A stretch of 64,000 nucleotides of DNA from NCBI GenBank assembly GCA_050250895.1, contig JBFWNU010000003.1, forward strand, positions 491,302 through 555,301, read 5' to 3'. This DNA is from Vulcanimicrobiota bacterium (lineage in GTDB: Bacteria > Vulcanimicrobiota > Xenobia > Xenobiales > JADMJV01). Made by a program: the position numbers and the translations under genes. Below the pieces are notes generated by a model, which ran no database searches, was not told where the DNA came from, and saw only the letters and a list, made by a program, of their open reading frames with translations. This document shows, one piece after another, positions 53,694 to 63,957 of the stretch (the first letter of the stretch is position 1; the number at the start of each line of letters is the position of its first letter).

Positions 53694-54752
53694 TTGAACG
53701 TCTTCGATGAGCAGCTTCGGGTCAACCTTGGCTCGACCACCGTACCCCCGGCGCCGACCCTGGTAGGGGCACCCCAAATAAGCTGGTTCCATGAGTCGGG
53801 GCGCTCGAAGGGCCGCTACGTGGCCCTGGCCGGTAGTCTGGCGGTGGTGGGCGTGCATGGCGAGCAGCCAACCTGGGACTATTACGAAGACATCGATTTT
53901 CAGACTCAGGTGATCGACCTGGTTGATGGCGTTCGCCGTTGGCACCGGGACGATTGCGTGCCCCGGGGAGTGGTGGAGGGAGTGGTGGTGGTCAGTCCCC
54001 CTGGTTCGGGAGAACTCGAAGGGCACGCGCTAGAGACCGGGTCCAGCCTGTGGAAGGCCAGACTGCCCGGAGACCACTTCAAGCTGGTGGAAGGCTCCAT
54101 CTATAGCTGGCGCGACAACACCCTTTACCAGGCATCCTGGGCGGACCCGAACAGGGCCCCCGAGGCGCCCACCAAACGCCAGCTCGAGCTGGTCTCGGAC
54201 GTGCGCCGGCGCGATGGTCTGGTGCTGGTGACCAGTTGGCGGGCAAAGCCCCAGGTCACCGTCTTTCACCGGGTCTGGCGCGGGGAGCAGGCTGTCTGGG
54301 AGTGGGATTCAAGCCAGGCCGGCGACAGCGACGTTCTGCTCGACGAACACGGCTGGGTCTTGCGCACCTCGCAGGTGCTCGAGGGCTACTCTGGCCTGGG
54401 CGAGCGGCTGTGGGCGGGACCGGGCTACGGCCGTTGCTGGATGTCGCCGAGCTGGGTTGTCGGGGTTGACTCTCACGAGCAGCTTTGGGCGGTGGAGCGC
54501 CTGACCGGCCAGCGCCATCCAGGACCGGCGTGCCCAGGCGGCTGCTGGGAGGTGACCATCAGCGGCGATTCTGGCTGGCTGGTCGAACGCCGGACTCGCA
54601 TGCTGACCGGTTTTCGGCTCAGGGGCGAGGTATTCCATCGAGAACGCCAACCGGAGGGGCTGGGTACCTATGGAATCAACCGGCTCTACCCGTGGAATGG
54701 CGGCCTGATCGCGGCGGGCGACGGAGGAAACCTCGCTTTTCTGACCGTCTGA
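53694..54752 (+). CDS. Hypothetical PQQ-like beta-propeller protein
   Basis: Trp-rich repeats such as L.TG..LW. Confidence 0.55.
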   Translation: MNVFDEQLRVNLGSTTVPPAPTLVGAPQISWFHESGRSKGRYVALAGSLAVVGVHGEQPTWDYYEDIDFQTQVIDLVDGVRRWHRDDCVPRGVVEGVVVVSPPGSGELEGHALETGSSLWKARLPGDHFKLVEGSIYSWRDNTLYQASWADPNRAPEAPTKRQLELVSDVRRRDGLVLVTSWRAKPQVTVFHRVWRGEQAVWEWDSSQAGDSDVLLDEHGWVLRTSQVLEGYSGLGERLWAGPGYGRCWMSPSWVVGVDSHEQLWAVERLTGQRHPGPACPGGCWEVTISGDSGWLVERRTRMLTGFRLRGEVFHRERQPEGLGTYGINRLYPWNGGLIAAGDGGNLAFLTV

Positions 54753-54829
54753 GTACGAGAGGTCGGTGTCGGACGCTCGTCGAAACCTATAATCTGGAAG
54801 TATTCTGACTATCATCACAGGGGGACCGG

Positions 54830-56998
54830 ATGGCTCGCAAATCCCGTGGCTTTAGCTTCATCGAGGTGATGGTGGTCATCTTCTTGCTGAGTTTGATGCT
54901 CGGGGCGGGCTCTCTCACCCTGCGCAAGTCGGTGAACCGGCAGGGCTCCAAGGGTCTGGCTCTGTCGCTTGCTTCCGAACTGCGAGCCGTGCGGGCCCAG
55001 GCTCAGCGAAAGCAGCACTACGTGGCCGCTTGTTTTCCCAACGACGGCGGCACTACTCCGCTCAGTCTTGCTTTCGCCCAGCGCGAGGGGGCCGATCAGG
55101 GGCGCTTGACCCGCGTTCGCGATTTCGACCGCGACTACCACGCCGTCTTCTTTATCGGGACATGGCCCGTGGCGGGCACGCCCATGGCTGCTGCCACCAC
55201 CTCAGGCTACACCTCGGGAGGCACCCTCGACCTGACCGGTTGGATGGCCGGCGCCGACGAGTATGCCGTGGTCTTCGGGCCTGACGGCTCGGTGCGCAGC
55301 AACGGCCTGCCGACCGTCGACGGCGAGATCGTGGTGCTAGTGTGTGGGGGTGCCCAGGCGACGCCTGGTCCCGACGGTTATTTCCAGGCCAGCGGCGCGG
55401 TCGACCCGATGTCGGTGGTGATCAGTCCCACCGGCACCATTCGGGTCGTGCCTGGTGTCTATCGCTCCACCGGCCTGGCCGCTACTTCGGGCAACCTGGC
55501 CGTAGCTGCCACCCCCAAGCTACCCGCCGTGGCCGGTAACACGCCCCCGAGCATTGACGAGGTCAGCTTCTTTCCCACCGAGAATCCGGCCCTGAAGCAC
55601 TCCTCGTTGAGTCAGACCTATATTCGAATTCATCCCCAACCCCCCGGCGAAGAGTCCCTCGAATATGGTCTCATGACTTTGGTGATCAAGGCTAGCGACC
55701 CTGAGGGCGGACCCTTGTACTTCGATTGTCAATGTGATTCGACCGATGGGTTGGCCGGCAACTTCAGCACGCCCAACACCGGACGGATGGAGTGGGTGAA
55801 GGACCACTGGGAAGCGAGCGTCAGCTGGCGTCCTTCCAATGAGTCCAAGCCCGGCACGACCTTCGAGTATGTCTTGACGGTGACCGACCCCGCCGGCCTG
55901 ACGACCGTGGCGGACAGCGGTAGCAAATTGCCCACGCTGGATACCATCGCGGCCGGACGTCTGGCCGTCGAGTCTTATGACGGCGTCGTGCGTATCGGTA
56001 ATCTCGATGGCTCTGACCTGGCCCGCCTGACGCCCGAGGGCGAAGAAGACCGCGCGCCTCATTTCACCTTCGACGGAACCCACCTGGTCACGCTCTCGGG
56101 CACTGAGCTTCGAGACGTCATGGTCCAGAACTCCGACGGCACCGACCGCCATCTGGTCAAGACTTTGCCGGAGCACGTCGAAGCCCTCACCCTCGACCCC
56201 AGCTCCACCCAGCTCGCCTATGCCGTCGAGGGCGAGCCCCAGCTCGTCATCACCACGAGCGGCGATGAGTTTAGCAACGACGCCTACGCTATCGGCACTT
56301 TGCATGTGGTCAGCGGGGCCGGACGCGAAATCACCGACAAAGCTAACGCGCCGGGTGTGTGGCTGCCGACCAAACCCAAGACGCTTCTCTACGCCGAGCC
56401 GGCAGCAGACGATGACGACCCTCAGGGCTGGTCCCTCTCGAAGTTCGTGCTCGAATTGTCGGGCTATCCTCCCCGGGGCAGCGGGGTCGGCCTGCCCGAA
56501 GACAGTGATACCAACTACATCGAAGGGGCTGTCTACAATCCCGCTTATCCTCTATACGCGGTGTTCTTCAGCATGCGCTTCGATGAAGCCGATCCTGAAG
56601 CGCCCGGAACGGCGGTTCTGAAGATGGCCGGGCCGGACGGCTTTCAGGTCACCGTGGCCGAACTCCAATCGATGCCTCTGGACCCGCTCAAAGCCGTCTC
56701 GTGGTCAGGCAACGGTAGAGCCCTGGTCTATCTCGACGGCTCGACCATCTACGTGGCCCCGTCGGGGTTGGGGTCGTCCGGAGACCCCGACCCACCGGTC
56801 GGAGAGGCCATCGACACCGGCTCGCTCGAAACGATTTCTCCGCGCCTGTCACCCGACGGCCGCTATGCGTATTTCTTGGGCCGCACCGACAGCGAAAGCC
56901 CCTATGATCTTTACCGTATCGTGGTCGGGTCCGGTGTGGCCCCGATTCAGCTAACCTATGGCCTGGGCGGAGCCGTCAATTATGACATTACGCGCTAG
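54830..56998 (+). CDS. Large prepilin-type protein (GspH/FimT-like + Ig-like + TolB-like propeller)
   Basis: RG|FSFIEV; NTPPSI...ASDPEG...TVTD Ig-like domain; SPDGR propeller. Confidence 0.8.
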   Translation: MARKSRGFSFIEVMVVIFLLSLMLGAGSLTLRKSVNRQGSKGLALSLASELRAVRAQAQRKQHYVAACFPNDGGTTPLSLAFAQREGADQGRLTRVRDFDRDYHAVFFIGTWPVAGTPMAAATTSGYTSGGTLDLTGWMAGADEYAVVFGPDGSVRSNGLPTVDGEIVVLVCGGAQATPGPDGYFQASGAVDPMSVVISPTGTIRVVPGVYRSTGLAATSGNLAVAATPKLPAVAGNTPPSIDEVSFFPTENPALKHSSLSQTYIRIHPQPPGEESLEYGLMTLVIKASDPEGGPLYFDCQCDSTDGLAGNFSTPNTGRMEWVKDHWEASVSWRPSNESKPGTTFEYVLTVTDPAGLTTVADSGSKLPTLDTIAAGRLAVESYDGVVRIGNLDGSDLARLTPEGEEDRAPHFTFDGTHLVTLSGTELRDVMVQNSDGTDRHLVKTLPEHVEALTLDPSSTQLAYAVEGEPQLVITTSGDEFSNDAYAIGTLHVVSGAGREITDKANAPGVWLPTKPKTLLYAEPAADDDDPQGWSLSKFVLELSGYPPRGSGVGLPEDSDTNYIEGAVYNPAYPLYAVFFSMRFDEADPEAPGTAVLKMAGPDGFQVTVAELQSMPLDPLKAVSWSGNGRALVYLDGSTIYVAPSGLGSSGDPDPPVGEAIDTGSLETISPRLSPDGRYAYFLGRTDSESPYDLYRIVVGSGVAPIQLTYGLGGAVNYDITR

Positions 56999-57767
56999 AA
57001 CCGGCTTCACGCTGGTCGAAGCGCTGATCGCCACCTTCGTCATCACGACCGCTTTGTTGCTTTGCATCTGGCTGATCGATGCCTCGCTACGCCACATGGC
57101 CGAAAGCGAGCGGCGACAGTTGGGAACGGTGCTGGCCGAGAACGCTCTCGAGGAGATGCGCCAGTTCGCGGATGCTAATTTCGGGGCCGGCCTGACCTCT
57201 TTTGACGGCGTTACCCGGCAGCATCCCGAATACCCCCAGTTCGAGGTCAAGACTCACGCCGCGCTGCAGCCTCTCTCGAGCCCCTGCACTTCGCTGGAAT
57301 GGGATTTTACCTCTGGCCTGGGATTTCCGGGTCTCGAGCGTAAGGTGCTCGAAGAATCGGCCTGGCTGGTCGAGGCCGAAGTCAGCTGGTCACCGAGAGC
57401 GGCCGATCGGGTGGTGCTGACTTCTCTCATCGGAGACTGGCGCAACCCAAGCTTCTCTGTGGCCGTCGACCCCGATGAGGCTACTGTCGCCGCCGACGGA
57501 GAGGTCACCTTCAAAGCCACCGCCAGTGATGCCTATGGCGCACCGCTACCCGACCTGGTCTTCACCTGGTACGTTCGACCCCGCGATGGCAATGGGACGA
57601 TGTGGAAGGTGAGCCGTGACGGCCGCATCAGTATCTACCGTAATACCGTCCGGACCTATACGGGCGAGTGGGCCACCGTGCCTGGTGCCTGCGAGGTGGT
57701 TGCTCTCGGCTTCTACCGGGGCGAGTTGGTGGAGGGAGTGGCCGTTGTCACCAATGAAGGGGAATAG
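56982..57767 (+). CDS. Prepilin-type protein with C-terminal Ig-like domain
   Basis: TG|FTLVEAL. Confidence 0.85.
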   Translation: MTLRARTGFTLVEALIATFVITTALLLCIWLIDASLRHMAESERRQLGTVLAENALEEMRQFADANFGAGLTSFDGVTRQHPEYPQFEVKTHAALQPLSSPCTSLEWDFTSGLGFPGLERKVLEESAWLVEAEVSWSPRAADRVVLTSLIGDWRNPSFSVAVDPDEATVAADGEVTFKATASDAYGAPLPDLVFTWYVRPRDGNGTMWKVSRDGRISIYRNTVRTYTGEWATVPGACEVVALGFYRGELVEGVAVVTNEGE

Positions 57768-58251
57768 GCGGGCGGGGGTGACCTTGTTGGAGGCGCTGAT
57801 CGCGCTCACCCTCTTTTTCTTGCTGCTCTCGAGCATTGCGTTCACTATTCAACAGGCGCTGGCAGCGGCGCGCTTTCAAGAGACTCGAGTCAAGATGGGA
57901 GAACTCTCCCAGGTCGGTCAGCGGCTACGTCAGGACGCCGTCACGGCCATCGCGGTGGACCGCCCAGCCGGTGTGACCGAGCTGCTGCTGACTCGGATCA
58001 ATCCCGAAGTGGGTCTGGCTGATCGCCTCTCGAGTCCCTTTGACACCACCCAGCAGATTCAGGTTCGCTATCGCGAAGAGAACGGGACTTTGCTGCGGAT
58101 CGTCGAGGATATGACGGGGGCTGAGCTGGTTCGTCAGGCGATGCTGCCGGTCAAGTCGTTCACCGTGCCCGAGGTCGACCCTCTGCGAGTCACGGTGGTG
58201 ATGGACGACGACCGTCCTTTGACCTTCGAGATCTGGAGGGCCACCCGATGA
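57754..58251 (+). CDS. Prepilin-type protein
   Basis: AG|VTLLEAL. Confidence 0.8.
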   Translation: MKGNRRAGVTLLEALIALTLFFLLLSSIAFTIQQALAAARFQETRVKMGELSQVGQRLRQDAVTAIAVDRPAGVTELLLTRINPEVGLADRLSSPFDTTQQIQVRYREENGTLLRIVEDMTGAELVRQAMLPVKSFTVPEVDPLRVTVVMDDDRPLTFEIWRATR

Positions 58252-58703
58252 GGCGACGCCGCGGATTTATCATCATTCTGGCCTTGATCCTCTGTTTGCT
58301 GATCGTGGTCATCGGCCTCGGTTTTCTAGGCATGCGACGCGGCGAGTATGAGGCCGGCGCGTCGGCTGTGGCCGTGGCCGAGGCTCGCAGCGTGGCCCGA
58401 GCCGGCATGGAAGACGCCAAGGTCAAGCTGGCCAAAGACCAGTTCTTTCCCACCGGGGTGGGCGATGAGCAGCTACTCTTCAGCTACTCTGAGGACCTAC
58501 CCGGCTTTACCCGCACCAGTGCCGGGTCCTATCAGGTCACCGTCGACCGCACCCGCAAGTCGAAGGGAGTGGTGGTCATCGAGTCGGTGGGCACGGCGGG
58601 CAGCTTGAAGAGTCCACGCGGCCGCTATGCCATCTCGGCCGAACTCGACCTCGAAGACTATCGTTTCAAGAATTGGAATGAAGGTGTTCTGTCTCAGCGA
58701 TGA
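58248..58703 (+). CDS. PilX/GspK-like protein
   Basis: RRG|FIII without Glu5; A...ARAG.E. Confidence 0.75.
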   Translation: MRRRRGFIIILALILCLLIVVIGLGFLGMRRGEYEAGASAVAVAEARSVARAGMEDAKVKLAKDQFFPTGVGDEQLLFSYSEDLPGFTRTSAGSYQVTVDRTRKSKGVVVIESVGTAGSLKSPRGRYAISAELDLEDYRFKNWNEGVLSQR

Positions 58704-59752
58704 GGCTCTTTCGTTCTCAGCTGCGCTGCCCACCGGCCCTGGTGGGACTACTGACCCGTCAACTCGCCGCTCTGGTCGAGGGCGGTGTGCCTCTGGCTCG
58801 GGCCCTTGACTCGCTGGCCGAATATGCCGAGGACAACGACCTGCGTCAGGCCCTGGAAGAGGTGCTCATCAAGGTCGAGCAAGGCCACGCTTTTAGCCGC
58901 TCTCTGGCGGACTTTCCCGGAGTCTTTCCGTCCACTTACGTGGCCATGGTTTCGGCCGGCGAACAGACCGGGCAGCTCAATCAGGTCCTCGACAATCTGG
59001 CCACCTGGCTCGAGCGTGACGAGGCCGTCGCACGCCAGGTCCGCAAAGCGATGGTCTATCCCAGCGTGGTTCTTTCGCTGGCAATCGGAATGCTGGCCGT
59101 GCTCTTCTGGACCATCATCCCGGGCATGCTCGAGACGGTCCAGAGTCTGGGCGGAGAATTGCCCCTTCCTACCATCCTTTTGGCCAAGTTCTCGGCCTGT
59201 CTCAACCAGCCGATTTTGCTGGTGATGGGTCCCCTTTCGCTGCTTCCGGTAATGGCCTACCTGCGCACGCCCGGTGGTAAAGCCGACCTCTACTTACGTC
59301 TGCGCGCCGTTCCGGGGCTGGGGCCTGTCCTGCTTTACGGCAGCGCCTCGCGCTACGCGGCTGCCCTGGGTATGTTGCTGGACTCGGGCAACAACTTGAT
59401 GTCGGCCACTCGCATCGCCGCCGAGGCCAGCGGAAATCCGATCCTTCGCGATGATTGCCGCCGATTGAGCGATGGCCTAGAGCAAGGCCAGACCCTGTCC
59501 GACCTGTGGGCCGGAAGGGTGCCCGACTACCCCTTGCCCCTGATTCACATGATGCGAGCCGGCGAAGAGGCTTCCGAGGTCGTGGCCGTCCTGCGCAAGA
59601 ACTCGGAGATGATGGCCGAGGAGGCGGGTTATCGCCTGGAACGCATGACGGCCATGCTCGAGCCGGCCCTGCTGGGGGCAGTGGCTGTGGTCATTGGGTT
59701 CATCGTCGTGGCCCTGTTGATGCCCCTGGCGAACGTGGTCGGGAACCTTTGA
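58700..59752 (+). CDS. GspF/PilC family platform protein (second copy)
   Basis: TRQLA.L..GGVP, AGEQTG.L, AMVYP, AGEE, MLEP. Confidence 0.9.
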   Translation: MRLFRSQLRCPPALVGLLTRQLAALVEGGVPLARALDSLAEYAEDNDLRQALEEVLIKVEQGHAFSRSLADFPGVFPSTYVAMVSAGEQTGQLNQVLDNLATWLERDEAVARQVRKAMVYPSVVLSLAIGMLAVLFWTIIPGMLETVQSLGGELPLPTILLAKFSACLNQPILLVMGPLSLLPVMAYLRTPGGKADLYLRLRAVPGLGPVLLYGSASRYAAALGMLLDSGNNLMSATRIAAEASGNPILRDDCRRLSDGLEQGQTLSDLWAGRVPDYPLPLIHMMRAGEEASEVVAVLRKNSEMMAEEAGYRLERMTAMLEPALLGAVAVVIGFIVVALLMPLANVVGNL

Positions 59753-60614
59753 GCCGGCGCGGTAGGGACACCTGACCGGCATCCAGGTCGGCACTGCTGC
59801 CGTCCAGGCTGGTCGTGACCGGTTCATAGCCGGGCACCTGCACAAACAGCTCGACGTTGGGGCTCGCGGCGGTGCGCACGCTCACCGAAAAGTCGCCGTC
59901 ACCCCCGGTCGTGATGTCGGTCCGTTCCGCCGCCACCTTCTTCTTGCTCGAGATCAGCACGAAGCGTCCAGCCTCGATAGCGCTAGCCGGCACCGGAGCG
60001 CCGTCGTCACTTGTCAGGCGCCCTCGCAGACGAACACTCGGCGCGCTTTTGACCTCTCGAACTTGAGGTTTCGGTTGATAGACCGCTCCGTAGAGGACGG
60101 CCAGAGCGAGAATGATGGCCGGTGCCATCAGGCTTCGGGTCAGGCCGCCCCTGGTGCTCGCCGGCTGGGTCACCAGATCCCCAGCCCAATCCAGCTTCTC
60201 TAGCTTCTCGGTCAACCTGGCCGCGTAGCCCTCGACCCGATTCAGGCTGGAGTAGGAGAAGGTGCCGGGCGCGTGGTCGATGGCACAAAGCAAACCGATG
60301 GTCTCGCCCTGGGAGCGTAAAGGGACGCAAAGGGCCGACCGAAAGCCGGTCTCGACCCCTTTGAATTTGTCCTTGGTGGCGTCGAGCACCAGCACGCCCT
60401 TGCTTGCTTCCTCGACCTCGGCCAGCAGGGGTCCCTCGGTGAGCAGTGCCATCTGCTCGGCCTCGACCCCGCGGGCTTTGCGGACCACCATCTCTCCCCC
60501 TCGCCCCTGCCGAAGCGAGACCACCGCCCCGGTGCAGCCAGGCAGTTTCAACAAGAACTCTCTGGCCTCGGATAACAGCCTGGCGACCGATGGACTCAAA
60601 CGCTGACCTCCCAC
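59700..60614 (-). CDS. GAF-domain membrane protein
   Basis: RSALCVPL...GETIG.L GAF motif, one TM, C-terminal beta domain; 3' overlap with pilC-like gene. Confidence 0.65.
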   Translation of the reverse strand: MGGQRLSPSVARLLSEAREFLLKLPGCTGAVVSLRQGRGGEMVVRKARGVEAEQMALLTEGPLLAEVEEASKGVLVLDATKDKFKGVETGFRSALCVPLRSQGETIGLLCAIDHAPGTFSYSSLNRVEGYAARLTEKLEKLDWAGDLVTQPASTRGGLTRSLMAPAIILALAVLYGAVYQPKPQVREVKSAPSVRLRGRLTSDDGAPVPASAIEAGRFVLISSKKKVAAERTDITTGGDGDFSVSVRTAASPNVELFVQVPGYEPVTTSLDGSSADLDAGQVSLPRRLKGSRPRSPGASTGPRR

Positions 60615-60759
60615 CTCCTATTTTCCATCCCACGGTGCCCCTTTCCTCGAGACAACCCCAAAGGGACCCGGCTGGACGCTCTATCTGCAGGCCCTTCAGC
60701 TAGAGGACTCGCCCCTGCTTCGCTGGGAGATCGAGCGGGTGCGACTCAAGCGTGAAAAG

Positions 60760-60793
60760 CAAAAAAGCCCCGGCGGCTAGCCGGGGCTCTTCT
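60760..60793 (-). terminator. Rho-independent terminator
   Basis: AGCCCCGGC/GCCGGGGCT stem followed by T6 on the minus strand. Confidence 0.85.
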
Positions 60794-60802
60794 CGAGGTT
60801 GT

Positions 60803-61270
60803 CTAAAAAAGATTGTTGAACTGGTTCTGGACGTGGTCTCCCACGATGCCGCCGGCGTTCTTCCAGCCGTCGACGTAGGCTCCGCCGGCTCCGCTGAGGT
60901 TGCCCTCGCCCAGGTTGGTGAGCACGTTGCCGGTGCTCGACAGGCCGTTGCCGGTCAGGCGTACGCCGGTGCGAATGGGCTCGCCGATCAGGCCTACGCC
61001 ACCGCGGACTGCTTCGCCATATCCACCGGCCGCGTCTTTGACGTTGCCAATCTGTTCTTGGTAGTAGCCGGTGACATTGCCGACTTGCTCTTTGAAGCCG
61101 TTGCCAGCGGCGGCGGCGGCGCCTTTGAGGTCGCCGTCGGCCAGTTCGCCCAGCACGTTACCGCCGGTTTTGAGCCCGGTGCCGACCATCTGTACAGCCG
61201 TGCGAGCGGGAGCGGTGACGAATTCGAAAGCGTTCTTGCCTACGTTAGCTAGTCCGGAGAAGAGTCCCAT
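60803..61270 (-). CDS. Glycine-rich amphipathic protein with internal duplication
   Basis: 155 aa, GAGG RBS, AT-rich upstream region, own terminator. Confidence 0.75.
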   Translation of the reverse strand: MGLFSGLANVGKNAFEFVTAPARTAVQMVGTGLKTGGNVLGELADGDLKGAAAAAGNGFKEQVGNVTGYYQEQIGNVKDAAGGYGEAVRGGVGLIGEPIRTGVRLTGNGLSSTGNVLTNLGEGNLSGAGGAYVDGWKNAGGIVGDHVQNQFNNLF

Positions 61271-61365
61271 TGGTTAAAACCTCGTTTCTTTTTCTACAAA
61301 CTAACCTACCGAGCTTTCAGCTTTAGTTAAGGGTTGGTTTGTAAACAACGTGTTTCTTTTGTTGA

Positions 61366-61938
61366 CTATTCGTGTCTTCCGGGATGTTTCTCCAAGATTT
61401 CTTCAAGCTGTTTCTGACGCTCGTCCATTAACTCAAGTCCCAGGCAGATATGGTTGTTTCCGTCCTGCAGTGCTTGGCAGGCCTCCACGAACGGCTCCTC
61501 GGTCTCGGCCTCTTCCAGCGCCAGGGTGAGGTTGTCCAGGCCCTGCCGATAGAGTCCTACGCCCTTCTTCAGTAAATACGAGACCTGGGTGTGGAAGTCA
61601 TCGGCCGGCAGACGCTGGGCTTCCTGGGCCAGCAGGCTCAACGAATCGGGTAGGGGACCCGCCTCGTAGGCGTCAAGCCGCGCTCGATGCGCCTCGATCT
61701 CGGCCATCACCGCCTCGGGGTCGACCCCGTCGTCGAGAAACAGTTCGACGACCTCGAACAGTGTCATCAGGTGGACGGTCTCGTAGTTGATCTGAGGAGC
61801 CAGATACTCTCGGCCCTCCTCGATAGCTACACTCTGATTGGGCACCCCCGTCGGTGCCAGGCGAAGCAAGCGGGCCTGGCACCCCGAACAGACCTTGGTG
61901 CCTTCCGGATTCTCATGGCCACAGCGAATACATTGCAT
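61366..61938 (-). CDS. Zinc-ribbon acidic helical protein
   Basis: MQCIRCGHENPEGTKVCSGC, paralogous to the C-terminal part of 84-1763. Confidence 0.8.
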   Translation of the reverse strand: MQCIRCGHENPEGTKVCSGCQARLLRLAPTGVPNQSVAIEEGREYLAPQINYETVHLMTLFEVVELFLDDGVDPEAVMAEIEAHRARLDAYEAGPLPDSLSLLAQEAQRLPADDFHTQVSYLLKKGVGLYRQGLDNLTLALEEAETEEPFVEACQALQDGNNHICLGLELMDERQKQLEEILEKHPGRHE

Positions 61939-62070
61939 GGACCTGGCCTTCGACGACAGGCAGGAGGGGCGCCTGCTACGCGCACCCCAGTCTGGCTAGC
62001 GCGTCGGGTCGCGGTCACGACTTCCAGCTGGAAGGGCCCGTCCACGCAGCCTCCTCGAGGCGCCAGCGAG

Positions 62071-63957
62071 CTAGGTGGCCGAGACGTAGCGGCCGAGGAC
62101 GCGGAAGAAGGGGGCGATCTCTTTGAGCTTGTCGAGGGCCGCCTCGAGTTGCTCGGGCTCGTCAGGCACGCGCAGGTCGACATAGAACATATACTCCCAC
62201 GGCTTGCCGGGGATGGGGCGCGACTCGAGCTTCATCATGTTGATGCCGAACTCGGCGAAGATGGCCAGGCATTTGTGCAGGGCGCCGGGCTCGTGGGCCG
62301 TGTCGAAGACGATCGAGACCTTGTCGGCCTGCTGGTCGGGGGGAGCCTGGCGGCTCACGATGACGAAGCGGGTGAAGTTGCGCGGGTGAGATTCGATGCC
62401 TTCGGCCAGCAGCTTCATGCCCAGGCGCTCGGCTGCCTCGGTGGAGGCGATGGCGGCCGCGTCGACCAGCTGATTGTCGCGCACGTAGAGGGCGCTGCCA
62501 GCCGTGTCATACATGTTGACTACCTGCCATTCGTGGCTGCGGAGGAAGGCGTCACACTGAGCCGCCGCCTGGGGGTGCGAATAAACCCGGCGCACATCCT
62601 CGAGTTCGACGCCGGTGTTGGCCACCAGATTGTGCACGATGCGCACTTTCAGTTCGCCCACGATAGCCAGCTCGGAGTGCTCGAGCAGCAGATCATAGTT
62701 GATGTGGATGCTGCCGGTCAGTGAATTCTCGACCGGCACCATGCCGTAGCGACAGTGGCCGCTCGAGACGTTCTCGAACAGCTCTTGGAAGGTCTCGCAA
62801 CTGACCGTTTCGACCTCGGAGCCGAAGTGCTGGCGGACCGCCTTTTCACTGAAGCTGCCCGAGACACCTTGCAGGGCGACTCGGGTCTGAGCCGGAGCTT
62901 CGAAACTGGCTGCCTCGTGATAGCGGCGATGGCGACCCTCGAGCTGGCGGCCCACCACAGGGGCGATCACGGCCACATCGCGCAAGACCTTTTTCAGCTC
63001 TTCGGGATAGAGGCTCTGGGCGCCGTCAGAGAAGGCTTCGGGCGGGTTCTGGTGGCACTCGATCATGAGGCCGTCGGCGCCGGCAGCCACCGCGGCCAGG
63101 GCCATGGCCGGCACATAGGTGCGATTGCCGGTGCCGTGGCTGGGGTCGGCCACGATGGGCAGATGCGACAGCTTGCGCAACACCGGAATCGCTGAAAGAT
63201 CGAGGGTGTTGCGGGTGCTCGATTCGAACGTGCGAATGCCGCGCTCGCACAAGATGACGTGGGCTTTGCCCGGCCCCGAGAGAATGTACTCCGCCGACAT
63301 CAGCAGTTCTTCGATGGTGGCCGCCAGACCGCGCTTGAGCAGCACCGGCTTATCTTGCATGCCCACCTCTTTGAGCAGCTCGAAGTTCTGCATGTTGCGA
63401 GCGCCGATCTGGAGGATATCGGCATACCTGGTGATGACCTCGACCTGGCTGGGCGCCACCACCTCGGTGACCGTAGGCAGGCCGTAACGCTCGCCCGCCT
63501 CGGCCAGAATCTGCAGTCCTTCTTCGCCCATTCCCTGGAAGGAATAGGGGGAACTGCGAGGCTTGTAGGCGCCCCCGCGCAACACGCTGGCACCGGCTTC
63601 GTAGACCAATTTGGCAATCTCGAGCATCGGCTCGCGGCCCTCGACCGAGCAGGGGCCTGACATGACAATGACCTGGGGGCCACCGATCACCAGTCCGCTT
63701 TTGCCCAGGGGCACACGGGTCGTCTCGGGCACCGCCTCGCGCGAGGCGAGTTTGTAGGGGCGCGAAACCCGGATGACCTTGGAGACGCCGGGAAAGAGGC
63801 CCACTTCGCGGGGGTCGGGTAGTTCGGTGCCGATGACGGCCAGCACCGAGCGCTCGGCGCCCACGACCGAACGGGTCTGCAGGCCGCGACGTTGCAGTTT
63901 TTGTTCGATCCACTGAATCTGCTCGTCAGTGGCGGTGGGATGCAGGACGACGATCAC
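62071..63957 (-). CDS. aroF-pheA: Bifunctional class I-beta DAHP synthase / prephenate dehydratase
   Basis: GPCSVE, RGGAYKPRSSPYSFQG, CERGIRTFE, DPSHG; then QG..GSFSE, PVENS..GS, SHPQA..QC, NFTRF, KLESRP. Confidence 0.93.
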   Translation of the reverse strand: MIVVLHPTATDEQIQWIEQKLQRRGLQTRSVVGAERSVLAVIGTELPDPREVGLFPGVSKVIRVSRPYKLASREAVPETTRVPLGKSGLVIGGPQVIVMSGPCSVEGREPMLEIAKLVYEAGASVLRGGAYKPRSSPYSFQGMGEEGLQILAEAGERYGLPTVTEVVAPSQVEVITRYADILQIGARNMQNFELLKEVGMQDKPVLLKRGLAATIEELLMSAEYILSGPGKAHVILCERGIRTFESSTRNTLDLSAIPVLRKLSHLPIVADPSHGTGNRTYVPAMALAAVAAGADGLMIECHQNPPEAFSDGAQSLYPEELKKVLRDVAVIAPVVGRQLEGRHRRYHEAASFEAPAQTRVALQGVSGSFSEKAVRQHFGSEVETVSCETFQELFENVSSGHCRYGMVPVENSLTGSIHINYDLLLEHSELAIVGELKVRIVHNLVANTGVELEDVRRVYSHPQAAAQCDAFLRSHEWQVVNMYDTAGSALYVRDNQLVDAAAIASTEAAERLGMKLLAEGIESHPRNFTRFVIVSRQAPPDQQADKVSIVFDTAHEPGALHKCLAIFAEFGINMMKLESRPIPGKPWEYMFYVDLRVPDEPEQLEAALDKLKEIAPFFRVLGRYVSAT

